Origin: Trueperaceae bacterium
GTDB lineage: Bacteria > Deinococcota > Deinococci > Deinococcales > Trueperaceae
DNA length: 64,000 bases
Direction of reading: 5' to 3'
NCBI GenBank assembly: GCA_965213705.1
Contig: OZ243913.1
Coordinates: 3,232,001 to 3,296,000 of the forward strand
Shown here: positions 53,841 through 63,514 of the stretch, in pieces
Numbering within the stretch: the stretch's first letter is position 1
Layout of the letters: every line of letters starts with the position of its first letter
Translations under genes and position numbers: made by a program
Notes under the pieces: generated by a model
Database searches by the model: none
What the model was told of the DNA's origin: nothing
The model's input: the letters and a program-made list of their open reading frames with translations, nothing else

Positions 53841-54029
53841 CCTAAACCAAGGTGCCAAGCACTGGGTGGAATAAGTAATCCTCGCAAGTCGAGATCAATG
53901 TCACCTCTACGAAGAAAGCACTCGAGCAACCGCCGCCAACCTCAAAAGCAAGGTTCAAAACGACTGTGGTGAAGCTAAAAAGCACCTCCGACTTTACAAA
54001 CCTGCACGGCTACGGCTTAAAATAGGGCC

Positions 54030-55145
54030 GTGCAAGGGGTGATGAGTTATTTTTGGCTGGTGAGCGTGTCGTTCGTGTCGGCGCTCGTCGGGGTGGCGTT
54101 TTTCGTGCCGCAGGTGCGGGCCTTTGCGCTACGCATCGGCGCGGTGCAGGAGGGCGGGGGGCGCAGGCTGCACGCGGGCGCGATTCCTAACATTGGTGGT
54201 ATTGCGATTTTGGGCGGTTTTTTGGTGGCGCTGCTGCTCGCCAGTATTTTTCAGCCTGCGCTACTCGAGCAGTACCGGGTGGAACTCCTAGCCATCGTTC
54301 TAGGCGGCTCGCTGATGACGCTGGTCGGCTTTATGGACGATATGTGGGAGGTACCCTCGCTTATGCGGCTCGCCTCGCAGTTCGTGGCGGCGGGAATCCT
54401 GGTCGTCAACGGGGTCAAGATTGAATACATCACTAACTATTTTGGACAGTTGGGCCTGTTCGCCGACAGCCGTTACGTGTACCTCTCCGGCATCGCCGAG
54501 GTGGTGGCGGTGGTGGTGACGCTTGTGTGGATTGTCGGTTTCACCAACGCGTTCAACTTTATCGACGGGCTGGACGGACTGTCGTCGGGGATTGCGGCTA
54601 TTTCGAGCCTCAGCCTCCTCGCGGTCGCGGTGCAGTTTCCCGACCGGGGCGCGGCGGTGCTTCTGTTGTCAGCCCTGGCGGGGTCGGCGCTGGGCTTTTT
54701 GCGGCATAACTTCACGCCCGCCAAAATTTACATGGGCGACTCGGGCGCGTACATGCTGGGCTACGTGCTCGCCGCCGTGAGCGTGTTGGGCGCGCTCAAG
54801 GTGACGGCCGCCGTCACCGTCGCCACGCCGATTTTGGTGCTGGCGCTGCCGGTCGTGAACATTACCCAAGTTACCTTGCGGCGCTTGTCTCGAGGCATCA
54901 ATCCGGCCGTGGCGGGCAACGACCACCTGCACGACATCTTGCGAGTGCGCAGCGGCTCGTCGCGGCTGGCGGTCGTTAGCCTGTGGCTGGCGACGCTGGC
55001 CCTCGGCACCCTCGGCATGATTTTGTCGCAGACACCGCCGCTACTGATGTACCTTACCGTCACGGCAACGGTGCTGCTTATTTTTGCAGTCTGTGTGCTC
55101 CGCCTCGCCGAAGTGCGGCGCGAAACCCTGGGCATCGGCGACTAG
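54030..55145 (+). CDS. WecA/TagO-like undecaprenyl-phosphate GlcNAc-1-phosphate transferase
   Basis: H...[32 protein letters not shown]. Confidence 0.92.
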   Translation: MQGVMSYFWLVSVSFVSALVGVAFFVPQVRAFALRIGAVQEGGGRRLHAGAIPNIGGIAILGGFLVALLLASIFQPALLEQYRVELLAIVLGGSLMTLVGFMDDMWEVPSLMRLASQFVAAGILVVNGVKIEYITNYFGQLGLFADSRYVYLSGIAEVVAVVVTLVWIVGFTNAFNFIDGLDGLSSGIAAISSLSLLAVAVQFPDRGAAVLLLSALAGSALGFLRHNFTPAKIYMGDSGAYMLGYVLAAVSVLGALKVTAAVTVATPILVLALPVVNITQVTLRRLSRGINPAVAGNDHLHDILRVRSGSSRLAVVSLWLATLALGTLGMILSQTPPLLMYLTVTATVLLIFAVCVLRLAEVRRETLGIGD

Positions 55146-55156
55146 GTGAGGCACGG

Positions 55157-56275
55157 GTGAAGCGCGTCTGTGTCGCCTTCGGCACCCGGCCCGAGGCGAC
55201 GAAGATGGCCCCGGTCGTCACCGCGCTGCAGGCGCAGGCGGGCGTGGAGCCTATCCTTCTCGTCACCGGCCAACAGCGCGAACAGCTTGACCAGGTTTTG
55301 GAGCTGTTCAAACTCACGCCCGACGCCGACCTCAACGTGATGAGCACGCGCCAAACCCTGCCGATTCTGCTGAGCCGAATCGTGCCGGAAGCGGCGCGTA
55401 AATTGCGCGAGTTGAACGTGGACTACGTACTCGTCCACGGCGACACTTTAACGACCTTCGCGGTGGCGCTGGCGGCGTTTTATGAAAACGTTCCGGTCGC
55501 GCACGTCGAGGCGGGTTTGCGCTCGTTCGACTTGCAAGAGCCGTTTCCCGAAGAGGCCAACCGTCGCCTCACGGCCGTCCTCACCGACCTCGACCTGCCG
55601 CCGACGCCTTGGGCTAAACGAAACCTGCTGAACGAGGGCAAGCCCTCAGACACCCTCGTCGTCACCGGCAACACGGCGGTGGACGCGGTGCAGACCTTGC
55701 TCGAGCACGCTCACCTACCCAATCATCTTCCGAAAACCAAACTCGTCGGCGTGACGATGCACCGCCGCGAGAACCTACCCGTGATGGCGGGTTTGGCTCG
55801 AGCCGTCGCCAACGCGGCCAAAGCGCACCCCGAGTATACTTTCGTCTACCCCGTCCACCTCAACCCGGCGGTGCGCGAGGCCGTGTGGCCGCCGCTGGCG
55901 GGGTTGGACAACGTCGTGCTGGAAGAGCCCTACAATTATTTATCCGCTTTAGCGCTATGGCGCGCCTCGGAGATTATCATCACCGACTCGGGCGGGATTC
56001 AGGAAGAGGGCACGGCGTTGGGCGTGCCGGTGGTGGTGCTCCGCAACGTCACCGAGCGGCCTGAAGGGGTCGAAGTCGGCGCGCTCAAACTGGCGGGGAA
56101 CGACCCGGAAGAGGTCGAATGGGTGTTGCTCGAGCTGCTCGGCGACCCCGAAAAACGTACCGCGATGCGCCAAAAACGCAATCCTTACGGCGACGGCCAT
56201 GCCGGCACGCGCGTCGCGCAGGCCGTGGCGTGGCGCTTGGGGCTCGGCGAACGGCCGGAGGACTGGGTACCGTAA
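55157..56275 (+). CDS. wecB: UDP-N-acetylglucosamine 2-epimerase (non-hydrolysing)
   Basis: [46 protein letters not shown]. Start at GTG 55157. Confidence 0.95.
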   Translation: MKRVCVAFGTRPEATKMAPVVTALQAQAGVEPILLVTGQQREQLDQVLELFKLTPDADLNVMSTRQTLPILLSRIVPEAARKLRELNVDYVLVHGDTLTTFAVALAAFYENVPVAHVEAGLRSFDLQEPFPEEANRRLTAVLTDLDLPPTPWAKRNLLNEGKPSDTLVVTGNTAVDAVQTLLEHAHLPNHLPKTKLVGVTMHRRENLPVMAGLARAVANAAKAHPEYTFVYPVHLNPAVREAVWPPLAGLDNVVLEEPYNYLSALALWRASEIIITDSGGIQEEGTALGVPVVVLRNVTERPEGVEVGALKLAGNDPEEVEWVLLELLGDPEKRTAMRQKRNPYGDGHAGTRVAQAVAWRLGLGERPEDWVP

Positions 56276-56389
56276 AGGCGCGAGTGACTTGTAAGCTCGA
56301 GCCACCAACCCAAAGCGTGAGGTCGGCTCCTGAGGGAGTGACCCCGCCTTCGTTACACTGAGCTTTCGTTCACCCAAGGAGGCTCAATC

Positions 56390-57400
56390 ATCTCGAGTGC
56401 TGACAAGGTCAATTCACTTATCAAAGTAACGGAGTGCGGGCTGACTTGCACCTCCGGCGGTTTCAGCGTCGACCCGTCTAAGGGGGTCGAGCTGGCGCTC
56501 ATCACCCACGCCCACGCCGACCATGCGCGGCCGGGCTCTAAGCGCTACCTAGCGACGCACGCCTCGCTGCCGATTTTGAAAGCGCGTTTGGGCGATATCG
56601 ACATCACGGGGGTCGAGTACGGGGAACGGCTCGAGCTGGGCGATACCCTGGTCTCGTTTCACCCCACGGGCCACGTGCTCGGCTCGGCGCAGGTTCGGGT
56701 CGAGCGGGGTGAGGACGTTTGGGTCGTCTCCGGCGACTACAAACGCGACCCCGACCCGACCTGCGCAGGGTTCGAGGTCGTCCCCTGCACTACCTTTATT
56801 ACCGAGGCGACTTTCGGGCTGCCGGTCTACGCCTGGGAAGCGCCCGCGGTAACGGCGCAGAAAATTTTCGAATGGTGGACGGGCGACCCGGAGCGGCCTT
56901 CGCTGCTGTTTTGCTACGCCTTTGGGAAAGCGCAGCGGGTGCTGGCCGAGCTGACTCGCTTTACCGACCGCCCGGTTTACCTTCACGGCGCGGTCGCCCG
57001 CCTCACCGAGCTGTACCGCGAGCAGGGCGTCGAGATGTTGCCGAACAAAAACGTGACCGACGAGGAAAAAGGTTTCGATTTTTCGGGTGAACTCATCATC
57101 GCGCCGCCCTCGGCGCACCGCTCGCCGTGGATGAAGCGCTTCAAGCTGCCGCAGACCGCCTTCGCCTCGGGCTGGATGCAGGTGCGCGGCAATCGACGGC
57201 GGCGCGGTTACGAGCGCGGCTTCGTGCTGTCCGACCACGCCGACTGGCGCGGGCTTATCGACACCATCGACGCGACGGGCGCGCAGACAGTCTTCGCCAC
57301 CCACGGCCAGAGCGACGTGCTGGCGCGTTACCTGCGCGAAACGCGCGGCCTGGACGCGCAGCCTCTCGCCAACCTGTACGAGGGCGAGGGCGCGGAATGA
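56390..57400 (+). CDS. Ligase-associated DNA damage response exonuclease (metallo-beta-lactamase fold), probable non-canonical ATC start
   Basis: The frame is open upstream of the track start (56576) and contains ITHAHADHARPG. Later motifs: GHVLGSAQ, SGDYKR, TEATFGLP, SDHADW. SD AAGGAGG at 56376-56382. Confidence 0.88.
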   Translation: MSSADKVNSLIKVTECGLTCTSGGFSVDPSKGVELALITHAHADHARPGSKRYLATHASLPILKARLGDIDITGVEYGERLELGDTLVSFHPTGHVLGSAQVRVERGEDVWVVSGDYKRDPDPTCAGFEVVPCTTFITEATFGLPVYAWEAPAVTAQKIFEWWTGDPERPSLLFCYAFGKAQRVLAELTRFTDRPVYLHGAVARLTELYREQGVEMLPNKNVTDEEKGFDFSGELIIAPPSAHRSPWMKRFKLPQTAFASGWMQVRGNRRRRGYERGFVLSDHADWRGLIDTIDATGAQTVFATHGQSDVLARYLRETRGLDAQPLANLYEGEGAE

Positions 57401-58995
57401 AGCGCTTCGCCGAACTGTTCGCCGACTTGGACGGCACCACCGCGACGAACCAGAAAGTCGCAGCGCTCCGCGCCTACTTCGAAACGGCCAAACCCGAAAA
57501 CGCCGTGTGGGCGCTCCACCTCCTCACCGGCAAACTGCGGCGCAAAACGCTCACCTCGAGAGCCCTCCGCGAAATCTACTTGCAAACGAGCGACCTACCC
57601 GAATGGCTTGTCAAAGACGCCAGTGCCCACGTCGGCGACACGGCCGAGGCGGTGGCGCTGCTGCTGAACGCCAACCCGCTGCCGCGGGGGGAAAGGCTCG
57701 AGCTGCCCCTTTACAAATGGTTGGAAGAGGAAATTCCCAAGGCCGCCGGGGCTGGCGACGAGGAAAAACGCGACCTCGTCCTGAGCTGGTGGGCGGCGCT
57801 GCCTTACGACGAACTGTTCGTCCTCCACAAAATCCTCACCGGCAGTTTCCGCGTCGGCGTGGCGGCAACGCTGGTGGTGCGCGCGCTCGCCGAGGCCCTT
57901 AGGCTGGACGCGCCCGTCCTCACCCATAGACTGATGGGCGACTTTCCGACGACGCCCGAGTTTTACCTCTCACTCGGTGACGAAGAACATGAGGGCGTGC
58001 GCGACAGCCAGCCGTACCCGTTTCTCCTCGCTTACGGTGTCGAACTGGATACGATTACCAACGACGGGTTGCACGCTTACCAGACAGAGTGGAAGTGGGA
58101 CGGCATTCGCGCCCAGGCCGTCAAGCGTGGGGGCGAAGTGTTCCTGTGGTCACGCGGCGAAGACCTCGTGACGAAACAGTTTCCCGAACTCGCCGAGGCT
58201 TTCTCAAAGCTCCCCAACGGCACTGTGCTGGACGGCGAAATTGTCGCCTGGGACGGTACGATGCCGCTACCGTTCAACAACTTGCAAAAGCGGTTGGGCC
58301 GCAAAAAGGTCGGGGAGAAAGTTCTTCAAGAGACGCCGACACACTACCTCGTTTACGACGTGTTGGAAGAGGACGGGCAAGACCTGCGCGACCTGCCGCT
58401 CGAGACCCGCCGCAAGCGCCTCGAGCACATTCTCGAAACATGTCCGCTCGAGCGCGTCACCCTCACTGAAACGCTTCACGCTACGAATTTGGACGAACTC
58501 GAGGCGCTGCGAAATGAGGCTCGAAACGTGAACGCCGAAGGCCTCATGCTCAAGCGCAAGGACAGCCCCTACCTAGTCGGGCGGCGCAAGGGGTTGTGGT
58601 GGAAGCACAAGGTCGACCCGTACACCCTCGACGCCGTGCTGCTCTACGCGCAGGCCGGGACCGGGCGGCGGGCGAACCTGTTCACCGACTACACCTTCGC
58701 GTTGTGGCAAGAGGGCGAACTCGTCCCCTTCACCAAAGCCTATTCGGGGCTCACCGACGTGGAAATCGGCAAACTCGACCGCTGGATTCGGGCGCACACG
58801 CTGGAGCGCTTCGGCCCGGTGCGCAGCGTCGCGCCGGAGCAAGTGTTCGAACTCGCCTTCGAGGGCATCGCCGCCTCGAAACGGCACAAGTCCGGCGTGG
58901 CCGTGCGGTTCCCGCGCATTTTGCGCTGGCGGCAGGACAAACCGCCCGCCGAGGCGGACACGCTCGAGACCGCGCTGGCCTTGCTCGAGGCATGA
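57397..58995 (+). CDS. ATP-dependent DNA ligase
   Basis: EWKWDGIR (adenylated Lys), LDGEI, EGLMLK, WWK.K, RFPRI. ATG 57397 overlaps the exonuclease stop. Confidence 0.95.
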   Translation: MKRFAELFADLDGTTATNQKVAALRAYFETAKPENAVWALHLLTGKLRRKTLTSRALREIYLQTSDLPEWLVKDASAHVGDTAEAVALLLNANPLPRGERLELPLYKWLEEEIPKAAGAGDEEKRDLVLSWWAALPYDELFVLHKILTGSFRVGVAATLVVRALAEALRLDAPVLTHRLMGDFPTTPEFYLSLGDEEHEGVRDSQPYPFLLAYGVELDTITNDGLHAYQTEWKWDGIRAQAVKRGGEVFLWSRGEDLVTKQFPELAEAFSKLPNGTVLDGEIVAWDGTMPLPFNNLQKRLGRKKVGEKVLQETPTHYLVYDVLEEDGQDLRDLPLETRRKRLEHILETCPLERVTLTETLHATNLDELEALRNEARNVNAEGLMLKRKDSPYLVGRRKGLWWKHKVDPYTLDAVLLYAQAGTGRRANLFTDYTFALWQEGELVPFTKAYSGLTDVEIGKLDRWIRAHTLERFGPVRSVAPEQVFELAFEGIAASKRHKSGVAVRFPRILRWRQDKPPAEADTLETALALLEA

Positions 58996-59060
58996 CCGGC
59001 TCGGCTCGGGGGCTCTTTTTGAGGCAGGTAGGAAAGCAAGGGCGTAGGAACCTAAAGGCT

Positions 59061-59106
59061 CTTGACTTTCTACTCGGTCCTTTTCACTCGGTCCTCGGTA
59101 CTTTCT
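59061..59106 (-). repeat. AGTACCG/AGGACCG heptamer repeat patch
   Basis: Minus strand AAAGTACCGAGGACCGAGTGAAAAGGACCGAGTAGAAAGTCAAG. Confidence 0.7.
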
Positions 59107-59118
59107 CCTCGGCTCCTC

Positions 59119-61542
59119 ATGAGTGACGGGCTCGAGGAGAGTCGCGTGCTTGAGCCCGTCCGCGCCTGGTTCGCTGGGCAAGATTGGAGGCCGCTCGATT
59201 TTCAAGAGGAGACCTGGGCCGCGTACCTGAACGGGGAAAGCGGCCTGGTTCAAGTTCCGACCGGCGCGGGCAAAACCTACGCCGCCGTGCTCGGGCCGGT
59301 GGCGGAGATGCTGGACGCGCCCAGCACGGGTCTCAAACTGCTTTACCTGACGCCGCTGCGCGCCGTGGCGCGGGACATCGAGGCGGCGGTTCGGCGGGCG
59401 CTCGACGGGCTCTCACCCCACCTGCGCGTCGAGAGCCGTACCGGCGACACCAAGGCGACGACGAAGCGCAAACAACTCAGCGACGCGCCCGACATCCTCA
59501 TCACCACGCCGGAGTCTTTGAGCGTGCTGCTGTCGTACAAGGGCTCGAGCGCGTTCTTTTCTTCTTTGCAGGGCGTCGTCCTCGACGAGTGGCACGAACT
59601 CCTGGGCAGCAAGCGCGGCACGCAAACCGAGTTGGGGTTGACGAGGCTGCGAGGTTTACGGCCCGAGTTGCGCACCTGGGCGCTCTCGGCGACGCTCGCC
59701 AACCCCGAAGAGGCGGCGGCAACAGCGGTCGGCACCGGGCGGCCGTACCGCATCGTCCGCGCGGACTTGCCGCGCGAGACGCGCCTGACGAGTGTCTTGC
59801 CTGAGAACATCGGCACCTTCCCGTGGGCGGGACACTTGGGCGCTCAGATGGTAGGGCCGCTGTTGGAGGTCTTGGACTTGGGGCGCTCCACCCTCGTCTT
59901 CACCAACACGCGGCGAGGGGCGGAGCGGTGGTACCAGTTTTTGGCCGACGCGTTGCCGAACGTGGGCGGCATCGCACTGCACCACGGCAGCGTCGAGCGT
60001 GCTGCGCGCGAGCGCGTCGAGGCGGGGTTGAAAAGTGGCGCGGTGCGGTTGGTGGTGGCGACCTCGAGCTTGGACCTCGGGGTGGACTTTCAGCCGGTCG
60101 AACAAGTCGTGCAGGTCGGCTCGCCCAAAAGCGTGGCGCGGCTGCTGCAGCGCGCCGGCCGCTCGGCGCACACGCCCGGCGGCGTGAGCGAGGTTTGGTT
60201 CGTGCCGACGAACGCGTTGGAACTCCTGGAAGTCAACGCCCTCCGCGAAGCGTTGAACGACCACGTCGTCGAGCCGCGCCGACCGCTTGAGAAATCCTAC
60301 GACGTGCTCGCCCAACACCTCGTCACGCTCGCCTGCGGCGACGGGTTTACGGATGAGGTTTTAAGCGAGGTGCGCGGCAGCGTCGCGTACCGGGACTTGG
60401 GTGGTGAAGAATTCGGCGAAATCCTCAACTTCGTTCAGCACGGCGGGCGCAGTTTGCGCGCGTATCCGGACTTTCACAAAATCGTGTGTGAAAACGGGCG
60501 CTACAAAATCGCCACTCAAAAACTCGCGCGGCGGCACCGCATGACCATCGGCACCATCACGAGCGATTCAAGCGTGTTCCTGAAGTTCACCAACCGCCAA
60601 AAAGTCGGCTCGGTGAACGAACAGTTCGTGTCGCGCCTCAAACCGGGCGACGTGTTTTTGTTCGGCGGCCACAAGCTCGAGTTCGTCTCGATGCAGGACA
60701 TGACCGCGCTGGTGCGCAAGAGCAAAAAACCGACCACCGTCACCGCCTCGTTTACCGGCGAGGCGCTGCCGCTGTCGCACCTGCTGGGCGCGTACGTGCT
60801 GCGCGAGTTCGGGCGCGGCCCCGAGCACCCACCACCCGAGTGGGACGCGCTGCGGCCGGTGTTGGAGACGCAAGCGCGGCTCTCAAAGTTGCCGAGTGCG
60901 GGGGAGTTGCTGCTCGAGCTTGTAGACACCCGCGAGGGTCGGCACCTCTTCCTCTACCCTTTCGAGGGCCGCAGCGTCCACGAAGGCTTGGCCGCGCTCC
61001 TCGCCCTGCGTTTGACCAGGGCGCAGAGCAGCACGCTCAGCTTTGCGGTGGACGAGTACGGTTTGGAAATCCTCGCGCCGAAAGGCTACGCGTTCGAGGA
61101 GCTGTTGACGCCCGACCTGCTCACCTCGCAAAACCTGGAAGCCGACCTGAAAGAGGCCGTCAATTTGAGCGAACTCGCGCGGCGGCAGTTTCGGGGCGTG
61201 GCGCAGGTTGCGGGCCTCGTGTTTACCGGCTACCCCGGCGCGCGCAAGACGAACCGGCAACTTCAGGTGAGCACGGCAACGCTCTACAACGTGTTTAGAG
61301 AGTTCGAGCCGCATCACCTGTTGCTGCGCCAGGCCGAGCGCGAGGTGTTGGCGCGGCTCGAGATGGACCGGCTCGAGACGACACTTGCACGGTTGCAAAC
61401 GCTGCCCTGGACCTGGACCGCGCCGCGCCGTCCGACGCCGCTGGGGTTTCCCCTCGTCGTCACGCGGCTGCGCGCGAACCTCTCGAGCGAAACCCTCACT
61501 GAGCGTTTAGAACGGATGATGAAGCAGTGGGCCAAGGTTTGA
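59119..61542 (+). CDS. Ligase-associated DNA damage response DEXH helicase (Lhr-core)
   Basis: PTGAGKT, TPLRA, TTPESL, DEWH, SAT, HHGS, TSSLDLGVD, QRAGRS.H. Confidence 0.93.
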   Translation: MSDGLEESRVLEPVRAWFAGQDWRPLDFQEETWAAYLNGESGLVQVPTGAGKTYAAVLGPVAEMLDAPSTGLKLLYLTPLRAVARDIEAAVRRALDGLSPHLRVESRTGDTKATTKRKQLSDAPDILITTPESLSVLLSYKGSSAFFSSLQGVVLDEWHELLGSKRGTQTELGLTRLRGLRPELRTWALSATLANPEEAAATAVGTGRPYRIVRADLPRETRLTSVLPENIGTFPWAGHLGAQMVGPLLEVLDLGRSTLVFTNTRRGAERWYQFLADALPNVGGIALHHGSVERAARERVEAGLKSGAVRLVVATSSLDLGVDFQPVEQVVQVGSPKSVARLLQRAGRSAHTPGGVSEVWFVPTNALELLEVNALREALNDHVVEPRRPLEKSYDVLAQHLVTLACGDGFTDEVLSEVRGSVAYRDLGGEEFGEILNFVQHGGRSLRAYPDFHKIVCENGRYKIATQKLARRHRMTIGTITSDSSVFLKFTNRQKVGSVNEQFVSRLKPGDVFLFGGHKLEFVSMQDMTALVRKSKKPTTVTASFTGEALPLSHLLGAYVLREFGRGPEHPPPEWDALRPVLETQARLSKLPSAGELLLELVDTREGRHLFLYPFEGRSVHEGLAALLALRLTRAQSSTLSFAVDEYGLEILAPKGYAFEELLTPDLLTSQNLEADLKEAVNLSELARRQFRGVAQVAGLVFTGYPGARKTNRQLQVSTATLYNVFREFEPHHLLLRQAEREVLARLEMDRLETTLARLQTLPWTWTAPRRPTPLGFPLVVTRLRANLSSETLTERLERMMKQWAKV

Positions 61543-62168
61543 GCGTCACGGTCGGGCCTGCCGAGTTGGAGCTGCTGGGCTCGAGGGCGGTTTACTGGCC
61601 TGCCCAGGACGCGCTGCTCGTCGCCGACTGTCACCTCGGCAAGGCCGAGACGTTTCAGGGGTTCGGCGTGGGCGTGCCGAGCGGGCATTTACAAGACCTG
61701 GCGCGCTTGGACGACCTGCAAAAACAGACCGGCGCGGCCCGGCTTTATGTACTAGGCGACCTGGTACACGCGCGCGGCGGGCTCACCGACAAGCTCGTCG
61801 ACGAGGTCGCCCGGTGGCGCGCCGGTTTTCCCGCCGACGTCATCGTCGTTTTGGGCAACCACGACCGGCGCGCGGGCGGGATTCCCGACCTCTGGGGAAT
61901 GAACGTGGTCGCCGAAGGGTACGAGGTTGGCGGCCTGAAACTCCATCACCACCCTCACGAGGAGGGTCCCTGCGTGTACGGTCACCTGCACCCGGTCGTG
62001 GGCGTGAAAAGCGCGCTCGACGCGCTGCGGCTGCCCTGTTTCGTGCTCGAGCGCGAACGCCTCTTGCTCCCGGCTTTTGGCACCTTTACAGGTGGGTTGA
62101 ACGTGGCGCGGGGGCCGGGGCGCGTCCTCTACGCCGCCCTGCCGGACGGGGTGGTGAACCTGGGGTAA
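61527..62168 (+). CDS. pdeM: Ligase-associated metallophosphoesterase/endonuclease (PdeM/MPE)
   Basis: ADCHLGK, GDLVH, GNHD, HHP, GHLHP, LPAFG.FTGG. Confidence 0.9.
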   Translation: MGQGLSVTVGPAELELLGSRAVYWPAQDALLVADCHLGKAETFQGFGVGVPSGHLQDLARLDDLQKQTGAARLYVLGDLVHARGGLTDKLVDEVARWRAGFPADVIVVLGNHDRRAGGIPDLWGMNVVAEGYEVGGLKLHHHPHEEGPCVYGHLHPVVGVKSALDALRLPCFVLERERLLLPAFGTFTGGLNVARGPGRVLYAALPDGVVNLG

Positions 62169-62282
62169 AACGGGCCAGACTGAGAAGAGTTCGCGGCCGC
62201 CCTACAAGCTTTTTACCGACCTCTTCCCGCAAACCCCCACTTCCCAACCCGGTTCAGGTATACTGCGGGCGGGAGTGGGACT

Positions 62283-63401
62283 TTGCCTGAAACGTCCGGG
62301 GCGGTACGTCACAAAGTCGAGGCTATTCGCCGGGAACTGCTCGAGCTGGAGCAGGGCGGCGAGCTGTCGAACTTGCTGCGCCGCGTCCTCGACGCGACCG
62401 ACAACACCATGACGATTACCGACCCGCGGCTGCCCGACAACCCGCTCGTTTACGTCAACAAACAGTTCGAAATCTTGACCGGGTACAGCCAAGACGAGGT
62501 CGCAGGCCAAAACTGCCGCTTGCTGCAGCAGGGCGACGACAACCAACCCGGTTTGGTTGAACTCCGCGCGGCGATTCGCGAGGGTCGTAACACGCGGGTC
62601 GAACTGCGCAACTACCGCAAAGACGGCTCGCTGTTTTGGAACGAACTCTACCTTACCGCCATCCGCGACGACGCGGGCAAAATCATCTACTTTTTCGGCG
62701 TTCAAAACGACGTGACGCGTTTTCGAGAACTCACCGAGTTGGAGCGCCGCCGCACCGCCGAACTCACCCTGGCCGAAAACCGCGAGCGGCACCGGCTGGC
62801 CCAGCGCTTGCACGACGGGCTGCAGCAAGACCTGTTCGCGCTGCAGTTTTCGCTGCGGCGTTTGCAAAAGCAGGTGCAGGCCGGCAACGCCGACCCAGGC
62901 GCCTTCGACGCCATCAACACCCAACTCAAAGACGCCGTGCGGGTCGCCCGCAACGTCACCAGCGACCTCGACATGCCGATGTTGGAGGCCGACGAACTCG
63001 TCAAGACGTTGCGCTGGCTCGCCAACCGCGCCGAAGAGCGCTACGGCCTCAAAGTCGAATTGAACACCCCGGAACGGGTCGACGTTCCCCACGAGGCGCT
63101 GCGCGTCTTGCTGGCCTCGCTCGTGCGCGAACTGATTTTCAACGTCGTCAAACACGCCGCCACCGACCGCGCCTGGTTGACGGTCCAGCAAGAGCAGGGC
63201 GGCCTCAAGCTCGAGATGTGCGACGCGGGCCGCGGGTTCGACGCCGACGGTTTGGAGCAGTCCGAGTCGACCGGCTTCGGCCTGACCGGCGTGCGCGAAC
63301 GCCTGCACCTGTTCGGCGGCGACCTGGACGTGACGGGCCGCGTCGGTAAGGGCACGCGCGTCACCATCAGTGTTCCGAACTTGGCGTTGGTACCGGACTA
63401 A
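62283..63401 (+). CDS. LOV-domain sensor histidine kinase (HisKA_3 type)
   Basis: ITDPRLPDNPLVYVN..F..LTGY...E..GQNCRLLQ...NYRKDGS.FWN...GVQND; then RLHDGLQQ, N..KHA, D.G.GF, GFGL.G.RER. Confidence 0.9.
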   Translation: MPETSGAVRHKVEAIRRELLELEQGGELSNLLRRVLDATDNTMTITDPRLPDNPLVYVNKQFEILTGYSQDEVAGQNCRLLQQGDDNQPGLVELRAAIREGRNTRVELRNYRKDGSLFWNELYLTAIRDDAGKIIYFFGVQNDVTRFRELTELERRRTAELTLAENRERHRLAQRLHDGLQQDLFALQFSLRRLQKQVQAGNADPGAFDAINTQLKDAVRVARNVTSDLDMPMLEADELVKTLRWLANRAEERYGLKVELNTPERVDVPHEALRVLLASLVRELIFNVVKHAATDRAWLTVQQEQGGLKLEMCDAGRGFDADGLEQSESTGFGLTGVRERLHLFGGDLDVTGRVGKGTRVTISVPNLALVPD

Positions 63402-63408
63402 AAAGTCA

Positions 63409-63463
63409 GTACCGAGTACCTAGTACCCAGTACCGAGTTGAAAGTGATTTTCACTCGGTACTT
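63409..63463. repeat. AGTACCN heptamer tandem with inverted copy
   Basis: AGTACCG AGTACCT AGTACCC AGTACCG AGTTGAA AGTGATT, then TTCACTCGGTACT. Confidence 0.8.
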
Positions 63464-63514
63464 CTTGCCCGTGCGACACGGTCTGCGCCCAGCGAGCGCG
63501 TTATCTTGAACGGG

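Noticed and set aside
56276..56389. Deinococcal RDRM (DdrO box) upstream of the repair operon
   Set aside because: No convincing 17-bp palindrome matching the motif was found by eye.
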